A stretch of DNA of 64,000 nt from a virus (Duplodnaviria > Caudoviricetes): positions 32,001-96,000 of the IMG/VR virus record IMGVR_UViG_3300029288_000107. One strand, given 5' to 3'. Below, in pieces: positions 8,772-17,592 of the stretch (within the stretch, counting starts at the first letter, position 1; every line of letters begins with the position of its first letter). The position numbers and the translations under genes were made by a program. The notes below the pieces were generated by a model. It worked only from the letters and a program-made list of their open reading frames with translations, was not told where the DNA came from and searched no databases.

Positions 8772-9532
8772 CGATGAGGTGCGGACGTTGTGGAGTGGAG
8801 GTGCAGGGGTCGGACGCGACGGCGGTGGAGGCGCTGACCGTGGAAGGGACGCTGCTGTGTTCGGTGCTGTGCGCCGACTGCGCGAGGGTGCTGAAGGCCG
8901 GGAAGTATCCCGGGGTGACCATGCGCGCGGACGGGCGGCTGGAGGCGATCCCGAGCGTGCCTGCCAACGACTGCGACAAGCTGGGAGAGCACGGGTGCGG
9001 GGTGCACTGCGGGCCGTGTGACTTCGACGCGGGCAACCAGGCGGACTGCCCGTACCACCAGGACAACGTGCACGCGCGTGCGTCGGAGGGGGATGTGCTT
9101 GTTGTGACGGAGGCGGAGTGGAATCGCGCGGTAGCCCTCCGCGAGCGACTGGCAGCCTACGCGCACGAGGCGTGGGCGATGTGGATGCGGCACCTGAGCA
9201 TGCGGCAGCGCGGGACGAGTTGGCGGGGGGAGCGCGAAATCTGGGAGTTCGAAGTTGAGGACGCGAAGCGGTGGGACAGGCAGGTACGGACGACCTACGC
9301 GGAGCTGCCGGAGGCCGAGAAGGCGAGCGATCGGGCGCAGGCGGACCGCATCCTGGCGATCCTGCGCGGGGCGGACACCACGGTGGCCAAGGAGGAGGCG
9401 GTGCCGTTGGCGGAGCGTCCATGCATGTTCGAGGGGTGTCGCACCCGCACGCATCGGGTCGATCGGGGATACTGTCCGGCGTGCAAGGCGCGGATGAAGG
9501 CGCGCGAGGCGATCCTGCGGGGGGAGGGATGA
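8768..9532 (+). CDS. mosaic protein: Cys-rich segments plus RyR-like helical domain
   Basis: LAAYAHEAW...YAELPEAEKASDR motif. Confidence 0.55.
   Translation: MTMRCGRCGVEVQGSDATAVEALTVEGTLLCSVLCADCARVLKAGKYPGVTMRADGRLEAIPSVPANDCDKLGEHGCGVHCGPCDFDAGNQADCPYHQDNVHARASEGDVLVVTEAEWNRAVALRERLAAYAHEAWAMWMRHLSMRQRGTSWRGEREIWEFEVEDAKRWDRQVRTTYAELPEAEKASDRAQADRILAILRGADTTVAKEEAVPLAERPCMFEGCRTRTHRVDRGYCPACKARMKAREAILRGEG
9070..9081. repeat. palindrome copy 2 (in CDS)
   Basis: exact 12-mer. Confidence 0.9.
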
Positions 9533-9854
9533 TGCGGTTGTTCGACTTGCAGTTCCTGCTTGGACATCGCCTGGATCTGGTCAACCAGGTGGAGGGCGAC
9601 GACGAGTTCATACACAGCGAGAAGTTCTGCGATCTGGACGAGGAGCAGCGTGCGCGGTTCGAGGGCGGCGCGCGTGGGCGACTGTTCCAGCTGCGGGAGA
9701 TCGAGGCGATCGACCTGGCGCACCCGGAACAGGCGGACGCGTGGCTAGGACCACCGTGGCCCATTCGGAAGTCGCTGGAGGAACTGGCGAAGATGGACTT
9801 GCCGTCGAGTTCCAGTTGGAAGGTGCGGGCGATCCTGCGCGGGGAGGGGTGATG
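9508..9854 (+). repeat. 27-nt direct repeat pair (9508-9534, 9828-9854) flanking one gene
   Basis: GGCGATCCTGCG(G/C)GGGGAGGG(A/G)TGATG, 25/27 identical. Confidence 0.8.
9529..9852 (+). CDS. hypothetical protein
   Basis: coupled ORF; ends AILRGEG like the upstream gene. Confidence 0.6.
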   Translation: MMRLFDLQFLLGHRLDLVNQVEGDDEFIHSEKFCDLDEEQRARFEGGARGRLFQLREIEAIDLAHPEQADAWLGPPWPIRKSLEELAKMDLPSSSSWKVRAILRGEG

Positions 9855-10142
9855 AACGGACGGACCATGGTGGTGATCGGTGGGGCGCACGCCGGGCAGC
9901 GGGTGGAGGATGTGGCGGGGCCGATGTTGCGCCTGGCCATGTACGCGACACCGCAGGCGATGCTCCCGGGAAGGGGGCTGCCTCCGGACACGACGGTGCG
10001 GGAGGTGGAGTACCGGCGGGTGCGGTTGGCGGAACTGGACGTAACGCTGGAGGCATGGGTCCACCCGTCGGTGCTATCGCCGCTGCGGGAGTTGCTGGAC
10101 CACTACCGGCCGATACGTGCGGTCGTGAGCGAGGAGGGGTGA
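9852..10142 (+). CDS. hypothetical protein
   Basis: TGATG coupling; IGGAHAG motif. Confidence 0.6.
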   Translation: MNGRTMVVIGGAHAGQRVEDVAGPMLRLAMYATPQAMLPGRGLPPDTTVREVEYRRVRLAELDVTLEAWVHPSVLSPLRELLDHYRPIRAVVSEEG

Positions 10143-10144
10143 GA

Positions 10145-10291
10145 ATGCGGGTGCGTCCAATCTTCGCCTGGTACGACTGCTGGGTGGGCGTCTTTTGGGA
10201 TCGCGGCAAGCGGATGCTATATGTGTTCCCGCTGCCCATGCTGGGGGTGCGGATCGAGTTCGGAGGAACGTCATGGAGAGACCAAACGTAA
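10145..10291 (+). CDS. small hypothetical protein ([13 protein letters not shown] type)
   Basis: GAGGAGG RBS; aromatic-rich small phage protein. Confidence 0.6.
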   Translation: MRVRPIFAWYDCWVGVFWDRGKRMLYVFPLPMLGVRIEFGGTSWRDQT

Positions 10292-10482
10292 AGTGCCCCG
10301 TGTGCGGCAGCGCGATAACGAGGTTCCGTATCTACGAGGACGGCAGTCCGGGCGTGGCGACGTGTGGGTGCGGCGCGGAGGTGCCGGTCCTGCGCGAACA
10401 GGTCCGGCTTCTGCGCGGTCCCGATATCGTGTGGAATGGAGAGAGGTGGGAGACGGTGACAGATTCGGAGGATCGATCATGA
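10273..10482 (+). CDS. small zinc-ribbon protein
   Basis: CPVCG...CGCG; GGAGG RBS. Confidence 0.55.
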   Translation: MERPNVKCPVCGSAITRFRIYEDGSPGVATCGCGAEVPVLREQVRLLRGPDIVWNGERWETVTDSEDRS

Positions 10483-10688
10483 TGCGGATTAAGTACCTAC
10501 TGCGTTGTGCCTGCCATTGGTTGCGGTGCTCGTTGCCAGCTTTGGAGGAATTCTACGAGGCCGGGTGGTGGACGCGCGTGCGTATGCAGTTTTGTGGGGG
10601 AATCTGGATCTGGCATCCAGATCGTGGACGCGTGTGGGTGTACCAGATCAACGGGGAATCCTGGCGGGACGCGCTGGAGGAAGACTGA
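10479..10688 (+). CDS. hypothetical protein
   Basis: GGAGG RBS; ATGA overlap. Confidence 0.5.
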   Translation: MMRIKYLLRCACHWLRCSLPALEEFYEAGWWTRVRMQFCGGIWIWHPDRGRVWVYQINGESWRDALEED

Positions 10689-10690
10689 TC

Positions 10691-11020
10691 ATGGGTGCGA
10701 TACCGATGCCGCCTCCGCCGAGGCGGGTGAACGTGACGCGAGAGGTCGTGGAGGCGCGGATGGGCAGTGGGCCGCCGTACCCGTTCCACTTCGTGGGGAC
10801 GCAGCGGCCCGCGCATCCCAAGATGGGTGATTGCCTGTTCGTTGAGGAGACGGGCGAGGAGTTCATCTACTGCCCCGAGAGCGAAACGTGGCAACTGCTG
10901 GCGGGGGCGGGGTACGACTACGACTGGAGGCGCGAGCGCGAGTGGCACTGCGCCTACTGTCGGACGGTGTTCGTGGAGCAGCGGTGCCCGACCTGTGGTG
11001 CCGGGCGCGGGGAGGAGTAG
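10691..11020 (+). CDS. hypothetical protein with C-terminal zinc ribbon
   Basis: WHCAYC...CPTCG. Confidence 0.6.
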   Translation: MGAIPMPPPPRRVNVTREVVEARMGSGPPYPFHFVGTQRPAHPKMGDCLFVEETGEEFIYCPESETWQLLAGAGYDYDWRREREWHCAYCRTVFVEQRCPTCGAGRGEE

Positions 11021-11023
11021 GAG

Positions 11024-11311
11024 ATGAAAACGGCATCGAAACTGTACGAGATCACGGCGAAGCGTCGGCGCGCAGCGATCGACAAACACGTGGACGGGAT
11101 CTGGCGCATGATGTCATCCCTTGCTGAGGGGCACGGGACTGGCAACTACACGGCGGAGATCGAGAGTGACGCTCCTAGTGCTGTTGTGTCAGCGGTCGCG
11201 AGCATCTTCCGGGAGCACGGGTACGCCGTGCAGGTGCGCGACGCGGACCCCATGGAGAAGCGGGATTGGCGGATCGTGATCAGCTGGGAACCGGCAGAGG
11301 AGGAGGCGTGA
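11024..11311 (+). CDS. hypothetical protein
   Basis: RBS; TGATG coupling. Confidence 0.6.
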   Translation: MKTASKLYEITAKRRRAAIDKHVDGIWRMMSSLAEGHGTGNYTAEIESDAPSAVVSAVASIFREHGYAVQVRDADPMEKRDWRIVISWEPAEEEA

Positions 11312-11712
11312 TGGGCAAGCGGATGGATCGGTGGTTTCGGAGGCCGGGGTCGTGGGCGCGGGTGTGGGGCGTATGGGGCGCGGTCCTGATGGCGGCACTG
11401 GCGACGTGGCAGGGCTTGCACGGGGAGGCGAGTTGGCTGGTCTGCATCGTGATGCTGCTGTGCGTGATACTGGGGGAGATGGTGGCGCTGCGGAAGTACG
11501 CGGAAGCGCACTGGGACGATCTGCACGGGCCGGTGCGGGAGACGCTGCGGGGCGCCGTGAACTTTGATAGGTTCGACATCAGGCCGGGCAGCACGGTCAA
11601 CTTCGACGGCAAGGAGTTCCGCGTGCAGCAGGTGACGCACGAGATCGCGATGGGGGCGAGCGCAGGCGACACGACGAGCTTCGAGGCGACGCGGGGAGAG
11701 GATCGCGCGTAA
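11311..11712 (+). CDS. hypothetical membrane protein (2 TM)
   Basis: two hydrophobic stretches. Confidence 0.55.
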   Translation: MGKRMDRWFRRPGSWARVWGVWGAVLMAALATWQGLHGEASWLVCIVMLLCVILGEMVALRKYAEAHWDDLHGPVRETLRGAVNFDRFDIRPGSTVNFDGKEFRVQQVTHEIAMGASAGDTTSFEATRGEDRA

Positions 11713-11714
11713 GC

Positions 11715-11726
11715 GCACGCGCGTGC
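11715..11726. repeat. palindrome copy 3 (intergenic, after TAA)
   Basis: extends to GCGCACGCGCGTGCGC. Confidence 0.9.
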
Positions 11727-11737
11727 GCAAGGACGAC

Positions 11738-12127
11738 ATGAAAGACAAGGACGACAACCTGATCGCTGAGAACGTGGTGCGCGCGTTGGGAGACCTGCGC
11801 CTGCACGCGATGCGGTCGGAGTACGCGGTGCACGAGGCGATTGCGACGTGTTTGCGGGCGGCGGGGATCGCGTTCGAGCATGAGGTGCGGGTCGGATCGC
11901 GGTGTCGGGTGGACTTCCTGTGCGCGGGCGGCGTGGCGATCGAGGTGAAGCGCGGGAAGCCCATCACTAGGGTGGTTGCTGAGCAGGTGGAGCGCTACTG
12001 CATGTGCGATCCGGTGCGGGCGCTCGTGTTGGTGACGGAACGCGGGTTGCAGCAGGTGGTGACGGAGGCGCACGGCAAGCCGGTGCGCACGGTCACGTTG
12101 GCGGAGAACTGGGGGATCGCACTGTGA
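11738..12127 (+). CDS. PD-(D/E)XK-family nuclease
   Basis: RVDFLC...AIEVK...QVERY motifs. Confidence 0.75.
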   Translation: MKDKDDNLIAENVVRALGDLRLHAMRSEYAVHEAIATCLRAAGIAFEHEVRVGSRCRVDFLCAGGVAIEVKRGKPITRVVAEQVERYCMCDPVRALVLVTERGLQQVVTEAHGKPVRTVTLAENWGIAL

Positions 12128-13947
12128 CGGACCGAATCCCGGACTATCTGGCCGAACCGACCTACGCAGGGCACCTGTATGGGGAGCTGCAATACAACGT
12201 CGACCGCAAGCGGTTCGTGATCGCGGGGGAGCCCGCCATGCGGGAGTTTGCCAAGCGCTTATTCCCGGGAGCCCGGGTGACGCGCGACCTGGTGGCCTTC
12301 GACGACACGCGGCGCGCGGCGGGGGACCTCAACTGGTTCCTGCTTCGGTTCCCGCTGCGGATCGGATGCCCGGAGGAACTGGCGGCGGCGCGGCAGCGCG
12401 CTGTGGATCACGCTCTGCGGCGCACGGCGAACGCCGACTTGACGGCGACGGTGCCTCCGGCGGAGTTCACGGGGAAGCTCTTTCCCTACCAGCAGGTGGG
12501 GGTGTCCTACCTGTGCAGCAACGAGCGCACGCTGCTGGCGGACGGCATGGGGCTCGGGAAGACGTGGACGGCGTTGGGGGCTGCGGCGCAGGTGGGCAAG
12601 TATCCCGTGCTGATCGTCTGCCAGACGCACGTGCAACGGCAGTGGCAGCGGGCGGTCGGCGCGTTGCTCGACATGCCGGGCACGGGGCAGGAGATTATCG
12701 GGGAGACGCAATGGGATCGGGCGGAGCGCAAGGGCAAGGCGCTGGCGCCGATCCTGCGCACGTTGACGCCGTACGATCTGCCGAGCACGCCGTTCGCGAT
12801 CATCCACTACGGCCTGCTGTCCGCATGGCGAGAGGATCTGGAGCGGCGCGGATACCCCGTCGTCATTTTCGACGAGGTGCAGGAGCTGCGCCACGACGGC
12901 AGCCGCAAGTACAGCGCGGCGTCGCTGCTGTCGTCGGCGGCGGACTGCGTGTGGGGGTTGTCGGGGACTCCGATCTATGGGTACGGTGCGGAGATCTGGA
13001 ACGTGACGAACGCCATCGACTTCAATTGTTTGGGGTCGTTCGAGGCGTTCTCTCGGGAGTGGTGCACGGGATACGGTGTCAAGGTGATCGAGCAGCCGAA
13101 CGTGCTGGGAGACTACCTGCGCCGGGAGGGGCTGATGCTGCGGCGCCGCCAGTCGGAGGTGCAGCCGGACCTACCGCCCGTCCTGCGGCGGGTGCAGGAG
13201 TTGGACCACGATGAGGAGTTGCACGCGCAACTCATGCGCGAGGCGATAGCCACGGCGCGCGGATTCAACGAGTTGGCCTGGCATCGTCGAGGGCAGGCGG
13301 CACGGGATATTGATCGCCGATCACGATACGCAGCGGGGATCGCCAAGGCTCACCAGGTGGGGGCATTCATCGTAGGATTGATGGAGGCTGGGGAGCGTCC
13401 GCTGGTGTTCGCCTGGCATCACGACGTGCACGATGTGCTGCGGGAGATGCTGGCCCCCTACCATCCGGCGGTGCTGACGGGGCGCGAGACGGAGCGGCAG
13501 AAGGATGCAGCGCTCCGGAGCTTCGTGAACGATCAGGCTGGCGTGGCGATCTTGTCGTTGCGAACGGCAGCAGGCATCGACGGGTTGCAGGCGCGGGCGA
13601 CCTGCGTGGTCATGGCCGAGTTGGACTGGGCGCCTGCGGTGCACGGGCAATGCGAAACGCGAGCGGCTAGGCTTGGCGTGCCGGACACGGTGACGGAGAT
13701 CCCGAGCTACTACTGCGTGGCGCGGACGGGATACGATGTCACCATGATGGACGTGCTTGGGCTCAAGACGGCGCAGTTTCAGGGGATCATGGGCGACGAG
13801 CCGGAGACGGCAGAGGAGAAGGTGGCGCAGGACGAGGCCGTGGCCCGGCGCCTGCAAACGCTGATCGAGCGGTTGGCGGGGCACGAGGTGCAGTTGCGCG
13901 TGAACAGCGGGGAGATTGTGCAGGCGTTGGAAGAGGAGGAGGAGTGA
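12124..13947 (+). CDS. SNF2-family helicase/ATPase
   Basis: LADGMGLGKT, FDEVQ, LSGTP, GIDGLQ, QCETRAAR. Confidence 0.92.
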   Translation: MTDRIPDYLAEPTYAGHLYGELQYNVDRKRFVIAGEPAMREFAKRLFPGARVTRDLVAFDDTRRAAGDLNWFLLRFPLRIGCPEELAAARQRAVDHALRRTANADLTATVPPAEFTGKLFPYQQVGVSYLCSNERTLLADGMGLGKTWTALGAAAQVGKYPVLIVCQTHVQRQWQRAVGALLDMPGTGQEIIGETQWDRAERKGKALAPILRTLTPYDLPSTPFAIIHYGLLSAWREDLERRGYPVVIFDEVQELRHDGSRKYSAASLLSSAADCVWGLSGTPIYGYGAEIWNVTNAIDFNCLGSFEAFSREWCTGYGVKVIEQPNVLGDYLRREGLMLRRRQSEVQPDLPPVLRRVQELDHDEELHAQLMREAIATARGFNELAWHRRGQAARDIDRRSRYAAGIAKAHQVGAFIVGLMEAGERPLVFAWHHDVHDVLREMLAPYHPAVLTGRETERQKDAALRSFVNDQAGVAILSLRTAAGIDGLQARATCVVMAELDWAPAVHGQCETRAARLGVPDTVTEIPSYYCVARTGYDVTMMDVLGLKTAQFQGIMGDEPETAEEKVAQDEAVARRLQTLIERLAGHEVQLRVNSGEIVQALEEEEE

Positions 13948-14426
13948 TGCGAAGGTTTTTCTACGACACGGAGTTCATGGAGAGTCCCGGCATGCTGGAG
14001 CTGCTGAGCATTGGCGTGGTGAGCGAGAGCGGGCGGGAGTGCTACCTGGAGAACTACGAGGCGGACCTGAGCCGGGCGAATCCGTGGGTGCGCGAGCACG
14101 TGCTGCCGCACCTGAACCATCCGGACGTGCTGCGCGGGACGCGGAAGATGATCGCGGAGTCTCTGCTGTGGTTCCTACAGCCGTCGAAGGCGGACCCGGT
14201 GGAACTGTGGAGCTATTACGGGGCCTACGATCACGTGGCGCTGTGCTGGCTCTGGGGGCCCATGGTGGACCTACCGCCGGGCATGCCGATGCTGACGCTG
14301 GACGTGAAGCAGCTGGCGCTGAGCCTGGGCGATCCGAAGCTGCCGAAGCAGACCGGGGCCGAGCACAACGCGCTGGCGGATGCGCGGTGGACGCGGGAGG
14401 CGTGGTTGTTTCTGGAGAGTCTGTAA
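13947..14426 (+). CDS. DEDDh 3'-5' exoribonuclease (Rv2179c-like)
   Basis: YDTEF, YGAYDHV, HNALADAR. Confidence 0.88.
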   Translation: MRRFFYDTEFMESPGMLELLSIGVVSESGRECYLENYEADLSRANPWVREHVLPHLNHPDVLRGTRKMIAESLLWFLQPSKADPVELWSYYGAYDHVALCWLWGPMVDLPPGMPMLTLDVKQLALSLGDPKLPKQTGAEHNALADARWTREAWLFLESL

Positions 14427-14427
14427 C

Positions 14428-14439
14428 GCACGCGCGTGC
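14428..14439. repeat. palindrome copy 4 (intergenic, after TAA)
   Basis: exact 12-mer. Confidence 0.9.
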
Positions 14440-14452
14440 GAGAGGAGGCATC

Positions 14453-14671
14453 ATGACGGATCGAGTGAGCGGCTTGACGGTGATCTTGGACAAGGACGTG
14501 CGGGAGGACGACGTGGACGGTCTGGCGCAGGCGATCGGTCACATGCGGGGCGTGATCAAGGTGACGAAGGAGACGGCGGCGCCGTTCCCGGAGTCGGTGG
14601 CGCGGGCGCGGCTCGCGGAGGATCTGGCGGGGCGTTTTAGGGCCATCCTGGACGATCTGTGGAGGGTCTGA
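14453..14671 (+). CDS. hypothetical protein
   Basis: GAGGAGG RBS; LDKDVREDD motif. Confidence 0.65.
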   Translation: MTDRVSGLTVILDKDVREDDVDGLAQAIGHMRGVIKVTKETAAPFPESVARARLAEDLAGRFRAILDDLWRV

Positions 14672-15036
14672 TGGCGGCGTTCGACGGCCCGACCTGCGAC
14701 TACAACACGACGAGGTGCTACCACGTGCCGTACGGGGTGACGGTGTCGCGCACGGACGACGTGACGCGGGCCACTAGCACGGTGCCGTGGGACGACGTGG
14801 TGGTGAACAACACGACGGCGACGTGGCCGAGCGCGGAGATCGACCTGGACCTGCCCGCGTTCGAGCCTCCGAAGCGGCCGGTGGCGCTGCGCACGAGCGT
14901 GCGTGAGGTGGTGAGCGCGATGCTGTCGCCGAAGACAGTGGATCGGGTGACGCAGGTGGCATGGACGCGGGGGCGGGCGCCGCGAGGCTGTAGCTTCCGC
15001 ACGCTGCGGTGCTGGGGAACGGATCGGAGGAGGTAG
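14671..15036 (+). CDS. hypothetical protein
   Basis: TGATG coupling. Confidence 0.5.
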   Translation: MAAFDGPTCDYNTTRCYHVPYGVTVSRTDDVTRATSTVPWDDVVVNNTTATWPSAEIDLDLPAFEPPKRPVALRTSVREVVSAMLSPKTVDRVTQVAWTRGRAPRGCSFRTLRCWGTDRRR

Positions 15037-15037
15037 G

Positions 15038-15466
15038 ATGTCGAGCGAGAACGTACAGGGCATGCGGGACCGGTTGGAGCGCTTCATCAAGGCCATGCAG
15101 TCGGTGGGGGACGCCGTGGACGGGCGAACGACAGCGGAGCCGCCGTCCTTCCTGCTGCGCGTGCTGGCCATCGTGGACACGGCGCTGGCGCAGCTGCCGT
15201 TCCGGGAGGGGGATCGCGTGGCGCTGGTGCGGGACCTCCAGATCCCAAGGAACGATGGCTGGTACCACTGCCGCCACTTCCTCGTGCAGGGCGCGGTGGG
15301 CACGGTGCGCGAGGTGGTGCACAGCGGGGGCGACCACTTCACGTTCTACGTGCGCTTCGACGACGAGTCGTGGGTTGACGATCGCGGCGAGGTGCACGCC
15401 ACGGCGGAGGAGAACCGCCACGTGTTCGGGTTCCGCGAGGGCGAGTTGCGGCGCCACGGCATCTGA
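15038..15466 (+). CDS. hypothetical protein, possible SH3-like C-terminus
   Basis: GGAGGAGG RBS; FREGDRVAL...GTVREV. Confidence 0.6.
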   Translation: MSSENVQGMRDRLERFIKAMQSVGDAVDGRTTAEPPSFLLRVLAIVDTALAQLPFREGDRVALVRDLQIPRNDGWYHCRHFLVQGAVGTVREVVHSGGDHFTFYVRFDDESWVDDRGEVHATAEENRHVFGFREGELRRHGI

Positions 15467-15473
15467 ACCGCTG

Positions 15474-15501
15474 TTGCCGGGACCGTGCATGGTGTTATAG
15501 T
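15474..15501 (+). promoter_or_regulatory. sigma70-type promoter for the terminase/head operon
   Basis: TTGCCG-N16-TATAGT with extended TGn. Confidence 0.6.
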
Positions 15502-15509
15502 GTGAAGTC

Positions 15510-17561
15510 GTGACGGTGATCCGCACACAGGAGGGGCGCCGCAAGAGCGTGCTGCGCCCGCAGGACGCGGCGAGCGTGCTGGCCCGGCAGATTGGCACCA
15601 TGCCGCCGGGCGAGGTGGCGCTGCTGGATCTCGTGATCGCGGACCGTGTGGCCCATCAGAAGGTGGAGGCGGCCCGCTGGCGTCGCAAGCCAGTGTCCAC
15701 GGCGCAGTTTCTGGAGGATCCGTACTTTCTCGGCGATTCCTGTCGCACATTGTTCCCGGCCCTTCGGGAGGACCTGATCCGGCTGTTCGAGGGAGGGTAC
15801 CGGGAGATCATCGCTGGTGGAGCCATCGGTGTGGGCAAAACCATGATGTCGACGCTGGTGCTGTGTCGCGTGCTCTACGAGTTGAGCTGCATGGCGTCGC
15901 CGCACGCGGCCTTCGGGCTGTCTCCTGGGAGCGAGATCCTGATCCCGCTGGTGTCCAAGAACTTGTTGCTCACGCGCCGTGTCATCAAGAGTGCTGTGGA
16001 CGACAAGCTCAAGCTGTCGCCCTACTTCTTGAACGAGTTCACGCCGCAGTTCCGGACGGAGGAGACGATCTTCCCCGGTAACATCCGCATGGTGGTTGGG
16101 TCATATGGTGCAGAGCGTGTATTGGGTGGAAACGTTGCGGCAGCTTATTTGGACGAAACAAATTTCCCCCCTGGTACGCGCAAGCAGGTCATCACGCAGA
16201 CGTTGGGCAAGAAGGTCAGCGAGGCGCACTTCGACGTGGTGGAGAAGGTCTACACGAATCTGATGACGCGCATCAAAAGCCGCCTCATGCGCAGCGGGGG
16301 CGACACGCCGGGGCTGATCATCTTGACGTCGTCGGCGGGAACGATCAATTCGTTCATTGATCGGCGGGTCAAGGAGGCCGAGAACGACCCGCTGTGTTTC
16401 GTGCGCGACCACACGTCGTGGACGGCGCGGCCCAAAAGCCACTTCTGCGGGAAGACGTTCCGGGTCGTGTGCGGGACGTCCTCCGTGCAGTCGAAGATCC
16501 TCGATGACAACGAGGAGGTGGACCATGGGCAGCTGGAGCGGCAGAATTCGTTCGTGGTCGAGGTGCCGGTGGAGTTCAAGCGCGACTTCGAACTGAACCT
16601 GGAGGACTCGCTGCGGGACATCGCGGGCATATCGACGCAGGCGATCTCGGCCTACATCCAGCGCGTGGAGGCGTTGGAGGATGCCGTGCGAGACGATCGC
16701 ACGCACCCGTGGGGGAAGGAGGCGTGGATCGCGGGTACACCCATGACCTTCCGCTGGGACCTGTTGTGCCAGGAGGTGGAGCACAGCGTAGCGGGGGGGA
16801 AGAAGGAACTGCTGTGGCAGCCGCTGAGAAATCCGAGTGCGCCGCGCTGGATTCACATCGACACCTCGCTGTCGGGGGATGCGACGGGGATCACTATGGC
16901 GCACATCGCGAGGTTCATGGAGGTGCAGCGGCGCATGCCGGACGGTCGCCCCGTGGTGGAGTTGGCGCCGTTCTATGTGGTGGACTTCATGCTGTGCATC
17001 CGGCCGCCGAGCGGGGAGCAGATCTTCCTCGGGGACGTGCGGCAAATCGTGTACGAGTTGCAGAACCACGGCTACTACATCATGGGGTTGAGCACGGACC
17101 AGTTCCAAGCGGCCGATCTGCGGCAGCAGGTCACGCGGACGGCGGGCATCAAGACTGTGCTTCAGTCGGTGGACTTGACTACGGCGCCATACGATACGTT
17201 AAAGGGGGCGATCTACGAGGGGCGGCTGGAGTTGTACCGGTACGAGCCGCTGCTTGAGGAGCTTCGGGCGCTAGAGTATGATCGCGAGCGAGGGAAAGTT
17301 GACCACCCGAAGCATGTCGGGAAAGACGTGGCGGACAGTTTGGCGGGCGCAATTTTTGGACTGGCACAGAACGCGAGCCGAATGCCGGTGATGCGGAGCG
17401 TGGAGGACGTGGAGGCGCCGCCGACGGAGCAGGATGTCATGGGTCGCATCGTGAGCGGCGGCCAGGTGAAGGGGCCGGTGGACGCGGATGAGATGCGGGC
17501 GCGGCAGGAGGCGGAGCAGGCGGTAGGGCCCATCGCGGTGCCCTTCCTGTTCGGGGACTGA
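15510..17561 (+). CDS. terL: terminase large subunit
   Basis: Walker A GAIGVGKT, Walker B AYLDETNF, nuclease HIDTSLSGD and DHP...KDVADS; precedes the portal. Confidence 0.93.
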   Translation: MTVIRTQEGRRKSVLRPQDAASVLARQIGTMPPGEVALLDLVIADRVAHQKVEAARWRRKPVSTAQFLEDPYFLGDSCRTLFPALREDLIRLFEGGYREIIAGGAIGVGKTMMSTLVLCRVLYELSCMASPHAAFGLSPGSEILIPLVSKNLLLTRRVIKSAVDDKLKLSPYFLNEFTPQFRTEETIFPGNIRMVVGSYGAERVLGGNVAAAYLDETNFPPGTRKQVITQTLGKKVSEAHFDVVEKVYTNLMTRIKSRLMRSGGDTPGLIILTSSAGTINSFIDRRVKEAENDPLCFVRDHTSWTARPKSHFCGKTFRVVCGTSSVQSKILDDNEEVDHGQLERQNSFVVEVPVEFKRDFELNLEDSLRDIAGISTQAISAYIQRVEALEDAVRDDRTHPWGKEAWIAGTPMTFRWDLLCQEVEHSVAGGKKELLWQPLRNPSAPRWIHIDTSLSGDATGITMAHIARFMEVQRRMPDGRPVVELAPFYVVDFMLCIRPPSGEQIFLGDVRQIVYELQNHGYYIMGLSTDQFQAADLRQQVTRTAGIKTVLQSVDLTTAPYDTLKGAIYEGRLELYRYEPLLEELRALEYDRERGKVDHPKHVGKDVADSLAGAIFGLAQNASRMPVMRSVEDVEAPPTEQDVMGRIVSGGQVKGPVDADEMRARQEAEQAVGPIAVPFLFGD

Positions 17562-17566
17562 GCGAC

Positions 17567-17578
17567 GCACGCGCGTGC
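17567..17578. repeat. palindrome copy 5 (between terL and portal)
   Basis: exact 12-mer. Confidence 0.9.
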
Positions 17579-17592
17579 GCGAGAGGTAGCGG

